Translations under genes and position numbers: made by a program | Assembly: GCA_041640455.1 (NCBI GenBank) | Contig: JBEQAF010000052.1 | Span: 1-15,463 of the forward strand | Reading direction: 5' to 3' | From: a bacterium | Lineage (GTDB): Bacteria > CALINM01 | DNA length: 15,463 nt | The notes under the pieces: generated by a model | What the model saw: the letters and a program-made list of their open reading frames with translations, nothing else | What the model was told of the DNA's origin: nothing | The model's database searches: none | Part shown: positions 1 to 6,351 of the stretch, piece after piece | Position numbering within the stretch: position 1 is the first letter of the stretch | Layout of the letters: every line of letters begins with the position of its first letter

Positions 1-406
1 AAGGGCCGACAAAAATAATCATACTTGTATTTTTTGTCTTAAAGGGCTGCATTTCAAGATTGAAATTTATATTAACATTGGTCATCTCCTGTTTGATATT
101 CAAACCAGAAGTTTTTACATCACCAGAGGTTGCAAAAACGCCTGCAGAAAAATCTACGGCAAAATAATCGGATAAAGCCTTTCTGGCTGAAAAATTAATC
201 CCTCCACCACTCATATCAATTTTTGTATCAGCCAATGTTCCATCGTCTTCAATGGATAAGTAGACTAATCCAAATTTACTATCTGTTTGCCCATCCTTAA
301 ATGATGGGGAAACTATTGGCGGAGTCTGGAAAGAAAAGTTTGACTGTTGAGCAGAAGCTGCTGTTGAGAGGATTAAAATTACTAACACAAACAAAAGCTT
401 TTTCAT
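1..406 (-). CDS. Secreted protein, probable outer-membrane beta-barrel (3' end outside window; not in ORF track)
   Basis: Manual translation from ATG at 406 is open to the window edge: MKKLLFVLVILILSTAASA-QQSNFSFQTPPIVSPSFKDGQTDSKFGLVYLSIEDDGTLADTKIDMSGGGINFSARKALSDYFAVDFSAGVFATSGDVKTSGLNIKQEMTNVNINFNLEMQPFKTKNTSMIIFVGP. It has a Sec signal peptide ending A-S-A, a strong SD (TAAGGAGG), and alternating hydrophobic/polar strands such as GINFSAR, FAVDFSAG and VNINFNLE. The CDS is well supported; the barrel call is inference. Confidence 0.8.
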   Translation of the reverse strand, partial: MKKLLFVLVILILSTAASAQQSNFSFQTPPIVSPSFKDGQTDSKFGLVYLSIEDDGTLADTKIDMSGGGINFSARKALSDYFAVDFSAGVFATSGDVKTSGLNIKQEMTNVNINFNLEMQPFKTKNTSMIIFVGP

Positions 407-412
407 ATTTGT

Positions 413-420
413 CCTCCTTA
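413..420 (-). promoter_or_regulatory. Shine-Dalgarno site (TAAGGAGG) of the secreted protein gene
   Basis: Minus strand reads TAAGGAGGacaaatATG, with 6 nt between SD and start codon. Confidence 0.85.
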
Positions 421-433
421 GCAGTTTTAAAAT

Positions 434-462
434 ATTATTAGAAAAAAAATTAATCCATTCAA
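434..462 (-). promoter_or_regulatory. Possible sigma70 promoter for the secreted protein gene
   Basis: Minus strand TTGAAT-N17-AATAAT inside the 62-nt intergenic gap. The AT-rich context makes chance matches likely. Confidence 0.35.
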
Positions 463-468
463 CGGTAA

Positions 469-2352
469 TCAGAAATACATGTTTAAGAGATATACACTTT
501 CCACCCTTTTTCTTTCTATCTTGAACCCCATCTTTTCAAAAAGTCTTAGCATGGGTTTATTATCAATAAGCACCTCTGCGGTGAAACCATACAACCCTGC
601 TTTTTTGGCAAGAAATGTAATATAAGATAAAATTGTTTCGCCAACGCCCTGTCCCTGATAACTATCCTTAACAATAAAGGCTACCTCTGCCATAAGTGTG
701 TTTTCATTTATAGAATACTGCCCTATCCCGACTATCTCTTCCTTCCAGTCTTCCTTTTTGACAGCCAGGATAATCATATCCTTTGAATAATCGATTGCAG
801 TATAAAACTGAAGCTCCTCATGGGGCATCTCTCGCTTTACACAGATGAATCTTTTAAAAAGTGTATCTTCCGATAGGGAATAAAAAAAGTCTTTAAGCAA
901 AGGCTCATCATTTATCTTTACAGGTCTTAGCAGAAGATTAAGTTCAGTTTTTGTAGTTCTATAGGTTTCCAGATGATAGGGATAGTCTGACTTGGAGATA
1001 AAAACCTGATCTTTGTAAATAAGGTTTAATTTTTTAGCCTCTTCAATCAGATAACCTCTAAAATCGGGATGAGCAATAGAAATTAGATCCATAGCCCTTT
1101 CCCTGATATTTTTTCCATGCAGGTAGGCGATACCATATTCGGTAACCACATAGTGAACATCTCCTCGAGTGAGGGTTACACCAGCTCCTTCGGTTAAAAA
1201 GGGAACTATTCTCGATACCTTACCGTTCCTGGCAGTCGAGGGCAGAGTAATTATGGTTCTTCCATTGGAGGAAAAGGTGGCTCCTCTCATAAAATCAGCC
1301 TGTCCTCCTACACCGCTATAAAAAAACTTACCCAGTGATTCAGCAGTAGCCTGACCAGAAAGGTCTATCTCGAGAGCGCTATTTATAGCTACCATATTGG
1401 CATTTCTTGATATATTTAAAGGATTATTAGTGTAGCTTATAGGTCTGAACTCAATGGCAGGATTGTCATGGAGAAACTCATAGGTCTCCCGGGTACCTAA
1501 ACAGAAAGCTGCCACAGTTTTTCCTTTGTTTAAGGTTTTCCTTGAATTATCAATTACCCCTGCTTTCATTAACTCCACAATTCCATCTGTAAGAAGCTCT
1601 GTATGAATGCCAAGATGTTTTTTGTTTTTCAGATTTTTTAAAATGGCATTAGGAATTGCTCCGTAACCTACCTGCAGTGTATCACCGTCTCTAACTATTT
1701 TTGAAACGAACTCACCTATCCTTTCAGCAACTTCAGCAGGAGAAGAAATTTTATACTCAATAAGTGGTTCATTGGCAGGATACAAAAAGCCAATATTATC
1801 AAGATGAATAAAACACTCTCCATGTAACCTCGGCATACAGGAGTTAAGCTGGGCAATCACAAGACCAGCATTCTCAACGGCAGTCTTTACTATATCTACC
1901 GATATACCAAGACTTACATAACCATGCCTATCAGGATAAGAAACCTGAATAAGAGCCACATCAACCGGGACAATCTTTTTCTCAATAAGCTGAGGTAGAT
2001 TTGAAAGAAACACAGGTGTATAATCGGCAAGCCCCTTATTTACAGCCTCCCTAAGTCCTCCCCCTACAAAAAAGGCATTGGGTCTGAAATTGTCCTTAAA
2101 ACTCTCATCTGCGTAGGGAACTGTACCCATTGTTACCAGCTGGATAATCTCCACATCAAAAAAAGCCTTCGGATCATTTTTGATAAAATTTAAGAGAGCC
2201 TTTATTAATGCTACAGGCTCACCGCAGCCCGTACCTATAAATATAGTATTGCCGGGCTTAATATTTTTAAAAATCTGCCTTTCGGTAGCAAACTTAGAGG
2301 GATACCTTTCTTTAATCTCCTGCAATGTTAAAAGGTTACTTGAAGAAAACAT
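469..2352 (-). CDS. Acetyl-CoA hydrolase/4-hydroxybutyrate CoA-transferase family domain fused to C-terminal GNAT acetyltransferase
   Basis: The first ~445 aa carry family I CoA-transferase motifs: LQVGYGAIP, LGIHTE (E252), NSALEIDLSGQ, SGVGGQADF, YVVTEYGIA, LISIAHPDFR. The last ~170 aa carry GNAT motifs typical of Pat-type domains: LRPV..ND, RF...DY, AEVAFIV, and motif A QGQGVG. Confidence 0.92.
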   Translation of the reverse strand: MFSSSNLLTLQEIKERYPSKFATERQIFKNIKPGNTIFIGTGCGEPVALIKALLNFIKNDPKAFFDVEIIQLVTMGTVPYADESFKDNFRPNAFFVGGGLREAVNKGLADYTPVFLSNLPQLIEKKIVPVDVALIQVSYPDRHGYVSLGISVDIVKTAVENAGLVIAQLNSCMPRLHGECFIHLDNIGFLYPANEPLIEYKISSPAEVAERIGEFVSKIVRDGDTLQVGYGAIPNAILKNLKNKKHLGIHTELLTDGIVELMKAGVIDNSRKTLNKGKTVAAFCLGTRETYEFLHDNPAIEFRPISYTNNPLNISRNANMVAINSALEIDLSGQATAESLGKFFYSGVGGQADFMRGATFSSNGRTIITLPSTARNGKVSRIVPFLTEGAGVTLTRGDVHYVVTEYGIAYLHGKNIRERAMDLISIAHPDFRGYLIEEAKKLNLIYKDQVFISKSDYPYHLETYRTTKTELNLLLRPVKINDEPLLKDFFYSLSEDTLFKRFICVKREMPHEELQFYTAIDYSKDMIILAVKKEDWKEEIVGIGQYSINENTLMAEVAFIVKDSYQGQGVGETILSYITFLAKKAGLYGFTAEVLIDNKPMLRLFEKMGFKIERKRVESVYLLNMYF

Positions 2353-2355
2353 ATG

Positions 2356-2916
2356 TCATATCATCGCAAACTCTTTTTTGACAGTTTCATAACAATCTGT
2401 GCAAACACCATGGGAGATCTGAGGCGGCTTTTCTCTTTGAAAGAGGTCTAATTCGTTCAGAGCTTTTTCAAGAGATAGCCATTTTTCATGAGCAATCTCT
2501 ATACCCTTGCAGTAACTACACATTTTGATTATCTCCTGGCTTCTTTCGACCTTTCTGTCCAAAAGCGGCAAGTATTCCTGTCTCTGTATCTTCATCGGAA
2601 AACTCTTTATTATCAACAAACCATTAGAACCGTATGAGATCTTTAAATTAAGCAGTCTGATGGTTTCGGGAGCATCACATCTAATTATTACGTCTGACTC
2701 TTTTTTTAAGGATCTCACATAATCAAAGGTAAGCTTATATAAATATCTGGTCTCTGTGTTAGAGATAAAGTCCCAGATCTTTCTTCCCAGCACATTACTA
2801 CTGATCATTTCAGGGGCATCATTTTCGAGGGCAAAGCTATCCCAATTATTGCATGTGTAAACAAGAACATCATTAGAATTTATATGATAGGTTACCAGAG
2901 GCTCATGGGATTCCAC
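2356..2916 (-). CDS. Hypothetical protein: PAS-like N-terminal domain plus C-terminal CxxC...SHGxCxxC putative metal-binding motif
   Basis: 186-aa ORF with a GTG start, ending 3 nt before the next ATG. The N-terminus (INSNDVLVYTCNNWDSFALEN...VLGRKIWDFI) follows a PAS-like pattern. The C-terminus has C133-S-Y-C136, a Trp, and S-H169-G-V-C172-T-D-C175. Confidence 0.75.
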   Translation of the reverse strand: MESHEPLVTYHINSNDVLVYTCNNWDSFALENDAPEMISSNVLGRKIWDFISNTETRYLYKLTFDYVRSLKKESDVIIRCDAPETIRLLNLKISYGSNGLLIIKSFPMKIQRQEYLPLLDRKVERSQEIIKMCSYCKGIEIAHEKWLSLEKALNELDLFQREKPPQISHGVCTDCYETVKKEFAMI

Positions 2917-2922
2917 ATATAA

Positions 2923-2950
2923 ATTTTACCAGAATTTAAAGATCTTTCAA
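2923..2950 (-). promoter_or_regulatory. Sigma70-type promoter for the PAS-like gene and CoA-transferase-GNAT gene
   Basis: Minus strand TTGAAA (2950-2945), 16-nt spacer, TAAAAT (2928-2923), with an extended -10 TG (TGgTAAAAT). The canonical +1 position falls on the G of the GTG start at 2916. Confidence 0.6.
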
Positions 2951-2973
2951 TTTTTTCAGCAAAAAAATATAAT
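2945..2973 (+). promoter_or_regulatory. Probable promoter for the ybaN-like gene
   Basis: Perfect TATAAT at 2968-2973, 9 nt before the ATG at 2983. The -35 at 17-nt spacing (TTTCAA) is weak. Confidence 0.5.
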
Positions 2974-2982
2974 TACTTTTTA

Positions 2983-3339
2983 ATGATAGCCAGAACGTTT
3001 CTTATAAGTATTGGCTTTATTTCATTAGTATTGGGAATTATCGGGATATTTCTACCAATTATGCCTACGGTGCCCTTTTTGCTGCTTTCTGCCTACTGCT
3101 TTTCAAAAAGCTCTAAAACAATTCATAACTGGCTTATAAATCACAGACTTTTAGGCAGATTTGTTAAAGTAGATGAAGGTATACCTGTCAGGGTAAAAAT
3201 ACTTGCTATCTCTTTTGTCTGGCTAAGCATATCCTCTTCAGCTATTTTTATTGTCAAAGATAATCATTTAAGAATTTTGCTATTTACAATAGCCCTTTTT
3301 ATTACCATCGTAATTCTTTATCAAAAAACCAGAAAATAA
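2983..3339 (+). CDS. ybaN: YbaN/DUF454 family inner membrane protein
   Basis: 118 aa and hydrophobic, with the family signature LGIIGIFLPIMPTVPFLLLSAYCFSKSS..IHNWL.NH..LG. Confidence 0.88.
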   Translation: MIARTFLISIGFISLVLGIIGIFLPIMPTVPFLLLSAYCFSKSSKTIHNWLINHRLLGRFVKVDEGIPVRVKILAISFVWLSISSSAIFIVKDNHLRILLFTIALFITIVILYQKTRK

Positions 3340-3340
3340 C

Positions 3341-4753
3341 CTACTTATCCGGTAGCCATACCTTAAAAGTGGTACCTTCTCCGTATCTGCTTGATACAGA
3401 TATATATCCGTTGTGCCCTTCTATTATCCATTTACAGATACTCAAACCCAGCCCTGCGCCGCCTATCTCTCGTGTTCTTGATTTATCTGCTCTAAAAAAT
3501 CTGTCAAACACCTTAGGCAGATCCTCTTCCTTAATACCTATACCCGTATCTTCAACAAATATGGATATGCCATTAGCCTCTGACTTTGAATAAATCCTCA
3601 CATATCCACCTTCTCTATTATATTTGATGGCGTTGTCTATAAGATTTACAAAAACCTGTCTAAGTCTGAGTTTATCTGCCATTATTTCCTTGTCTTCCAG
3701 CTCATCATATTTAAGATCTACACCCTTTTCTTCAGCCAGAACAGAAAGCTGTTCGCAAAGCTCTTCAAGAAGCTTTTTAATGTTAACCTTATTTTTCTCA
3801 ATTAAAATCTCTCCTGCCTCGCTCTTTGAGATTAAAAGCAGGTCTTCCACAATCCTTACCATTCTTTCTATCTCTTCAAGAATACTTATCAGGGTGTCTA
3901 TATACTCTTCTTTTGATCTTTCGGTCCTTAATGCAACCTCAATGAGCCCCTTTACACTGGTAAGCGGCGTTCTAAGCTCATGGGAGGCATCTCCACTAAA
4001 CTGGGCAGACTGCTGACACACCTTCTGCATTCGATCAACCATATCGTTAATGGTATCAAAAAGCAGCTTAAACTCGTCATTCTGTTTCCTTTCGGGCAAC
4101 CTTATCGGATTTTTAGGAGACATGTTTTTCAACTCATTGGTTAAGATCGTTATTGGAGATAACCCTCTGCTTAGCATAATTATTCCGCCAATGTTTGATA
4201 TGGCAAGAGTAATGGGAATGATTATCAAAAAGATCTGAAAAATAGAGCTCTGGATATTTTCAAGTCTTGCTAAGGAAGATGCCACTTCGACATAGGCAAT
4301 GAGCTTACCATCGGATATTATGGGATAGAATAAAATTCTGATATTTTTTTCTTTAAACCCCTCTGGAGCAGGAACATCTTTCAGCACATCCTTGTTTTTA
4401 GAAAGTCGCATATACTCATCAGGCAATAGCTTAAAAACAGGCAAAAACACATTCTGAGTGGCTGAGACAACCTTTCCATCATAGGTAACTATTCTTACAT
4501 AGCTTTCAGATCCACTAAAGCCAAGAAAAGCACGAAGAATATTTTCAAAATCCTTTGATTCCCTTACCATCTGGCCGGCAAGGAAGGGCTTTTCAACTAT
4601 ATAATAGGTTGCTTCTGCTGTGGAATAAAGTCTATTGTTTATCCCCTCTTCTACACTATGGGTAATGCCGTAATAAAGCCCCACAGAAAAAAGCAGTAGC
4701 AGGGAGATATTAAAGGCGTTAAACCAGATGGTAAGCTTGGTCTTAAGAGTCAT
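3341..4753 (-). CDS. Membrane sensor histidine kinase (2 TM, HAMP, HisKA, HATPase); CusS/CzcS-like subfamily by H-box
   Basis: Two TM segments and a HAMP-like region. H-box FSGDASHELRTPL, N-box NLIDNAIKYN, G1 DTGIGI, F-box VFDRFFR, G2 GAGLGLSI. Confidence 0.93.
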   Translation of the reverse strand: MTLKTKLTIWFNAFNISLLLLFSVGLYYGITHSVEEGINNRLYSTAEATYYIVEKPFLAGQMVRESKDFENILRAFLGFSGSESYVRIVTYDGKVVSATQNVFLPVFKLLPDEYMRLSKNKDVLKDVPAPEGFKEKNIRILFYPIISDGKLIAYVEVASSLARLENIQSSIFQIFLIIIPITLAISNIGGIIMLSRGLSPITILTNELKNMSPKNPIRLPERKQNDEFKLLFDTINDMVDRMQKVCQQSAQFSGDASHELRTPLTSVKGLIEVALRTERSKEEYIDTLISILEEIERMVRIVEDLLLISKSEAGEILIEKNKVNIKKLLEELCEQLSVLAEEKGVDLKYDELEDKEIMADKLRLRQVFVNLIDNAIKYNREGGYVRIYSKSEANGISIFVEDTGIGIKEEDLPKVFDRFFRADKSRTREIGGAGLGLSICKWIIEGHNGYISVSSRYGEGTTFKVWLPDK

Positions 4754-4760
4754 TCGAAAG

Positions 4761-5432
4761 CTATTCTTTCAGCATGTAGCCAACACCACGTACTGTATGG
4801 ATGAGCTTTTTAGGACTATCCTTATCAATCTTTCTTCTCAGATAATTTATATAAACATCAATAATATTTGTGAGGCTATCAAACTGATATTCCCAGACAT
4901 TTTCAGCAATCATTGTTCTTGTAAGAATTCTATTTTTATTACGTGCCATATATTCAAGCAGCCCATACTCTTTGGATGTAAGCTCAATCTCTTTCCCTGC
5001 TCTTGAGACCTTTCTTGTTACAGGGTCAATAACCAGATCGTGAATCTGTATGGGTAACGCCTTTTCCATAGCATGACCCCTTCTTATAAGCGCCCTTGCC
5101 CTTGCGAGTAGTTCTTCAAAAGCAAATGGTTTGGTAATATAATCATCAGCGCCTGCATCAAGCCCTTTAACCTTATCCTGAGTGGTATCCTTTGCGGTCA
5201 GCATCATAATGGGCTTTGAAATCCCCTTATTTCTAATATCCTTAAGAACCTCTATGCCATCTTTACCTGGAAGCATAATATCAAGAATAATCAGGTCATA
5301 ATCGCTGGATGAAACAAGCTCAAGGGCTTTATTCCCATCCTCAGCAATATCAACGGCAAGTCCCTCTTCTTCAAAACCTTTTTTTATAATATTGGCAACC
5401 TTTCTTTCGTCTTCCACCAACAATATTTTCAT
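4761..5432 (-). CDS. OmpR/PhoB-family DNA-binding response regulator (CusR/CzcR-like)
   Basis: Receiver motifs LLVEDE, ILDIMLP, LTAK and DDYITKPF, and a winged-helix C-terminus (IIDVYINYLRRKID...IHTVRGVGY). Start placed at ATG 5432 because GGAGG lies 5 nt upstream. The ORF-track ATG at 5444 overlaps that SD. Confidence 0.94.
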   Translation of the reverse strand: MKILLVEDERKVANIIKKGFEEEGLAVDIAEDGNKALELVSSSDYDLIILDIMLPGKDGIEVLKDIRNKGISKPIMMLTAKDTTQDKVKGLDAGADDYITKPFAFEELLARARALIRRGHAMEKALPIQIHDLVIDPVTRKVSRAGKEIELTSKEYGLLEYMARNKNRILTRTMIAENVWEYQFDSLTNIIDVYINYLRRKIDKDSPKKLIHTVRGVGYMLKE

Positions 5433-5443
5433 AGGAGCCTCCA

Positions 5444-5486
5444 TTTTTAATCTGATTGTGATAGAATATCACAACTAAATTAAAAA
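5444..5486. repeat. 43-bp imperfect inverted repeat with perfect core TTGTGATA-GAA-TATCACAA (5456-5474)
   Basis: TTTTTAATCTGATTGTGATA-GAA-TATCACAACTAAATTAAAAA: 17 of 20 arm positions are Watson-Crick complementary. It fills most of the gap between tyrA and the regulator. Confidence 0.8.
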
Positions 5487-5493
5487 ATCAGTT

Positions 5494-6351
5494 CTATTTT
5501 TTTAGCAATGTCTCTTTTGCATAATCTAAAAAATTCAATATATCACTTTCATTGCAATTTTCAACTATTTTTTTAAGCTTACTCAGGCTCACCTCAAAAT
5601 CTCCTATTGCTTTTAAAATATTGTTTTTATTGGAAATAAAAATATCAGTCCACATTCTGGCATCGCTCTTAGCTATTCTTGTGAAATCCCTGAAACCGCC
5701 ACCGGCATATTTTATTACCTCTTTCCCGTAATAGCTTTTATCTCTAACTGCATCGACAAGACTGAAGGCAATCATGTGGGGCATGTGACTTACATACGCC
5801 ATAATCTCATCATGTTCCTCTGGAGTGGTAATATCAACCTGCATTCCTAAAGCCTTCCAGATATTTACAACCTCATTCATTCTTTTTGATGACGTCTGAT
5901 CGGTTTTTGTAACAATACAGAGACTTCCATCAAAAAGACTTGAAAACCCTGCCTCGGGACCAGATTTTTCTGTCCCGGCGACGGGGTGTGAGCCCACATA
6001 GTTTTTATATTTAAACAGCGATTCTGCCTTTTGGACAAATCCCTTAACACTTCCGCCATCTGTAATCAGCGTATCTTCATTTACAAACTGTGCAAGCTCT
6101 TCAATAATCTCAGGAATGGTAAGAACAGGGGTTGATATCATTATAAGATCACAGTTTAACCCCATATCTTTAATGGAGTCCGACTTTTTATCAATAATGC
6201 CCAGCTCCAGTGCCTTGAGGGCTGACCTGCCCGAGAGCGAGTATCCCCATATCTCTTTGCATAGTTTTCTTTCCCTAAAAGCTAAAGCAAAGGAAGCGCC
6301 AATAAGCCCCACACCTATCAATCCCACTCTGTTATAAAACAGGCTACTCAC
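5494..6351 (-). CDS. tyrA: Prephenate/arogenate dehydrogenase
   Basis: Rossmann GVGLIG, TDGGSVK, GSHPVAGTEKSG, HDEIMAYVSHMPH and GGGFRDFTRIA. GTG start with a GGGAG SD, overlapping the aroF end by 8 nt. Confidence 0.94.
   Translation of the reverse strand: MSSLFYNRVGLIGVGLIGASFALAFRERKLCKEIWGYSLSGRSALKALELGIIDKKSDSIKDMGLNCDLIMISTPVLTIPEIIEELAQFVNEDTLITDGGSVKGFVQKAESLFKYKNYVGSHPVAGTEKSGPEAGFSSLFDGSLCIVTKTDQTSSKRMNEVVNIWKALGMQVDITTPEEHDEIMAYVSHMPHMIAFSLVDAVRDKSYYGKEVIKYAGGGFRDFTRIAKSDARMWTDIFISNKNNILKAIGDFEVSLSKLKKIVENCNESDILNFLDYAKETLLKK

Noticed and set aside
5434..5442. GGAG-G-CTCC self-complementarity at the regulator SD as a translation-blocking hairpin
   Set aside because: A 1-nt loop is sterically impossible, and shortening the stem leaves only about 3 bp.
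5456..5474. Firm assignment of the palindrome as a Rex or CRP site, or as an intrinsic terminator
   Set aside because: The spacer is 7 rather than 6 nt, and the hairpin is AU-rich with no downstream U-tract. It is reported only as an unassigned element.
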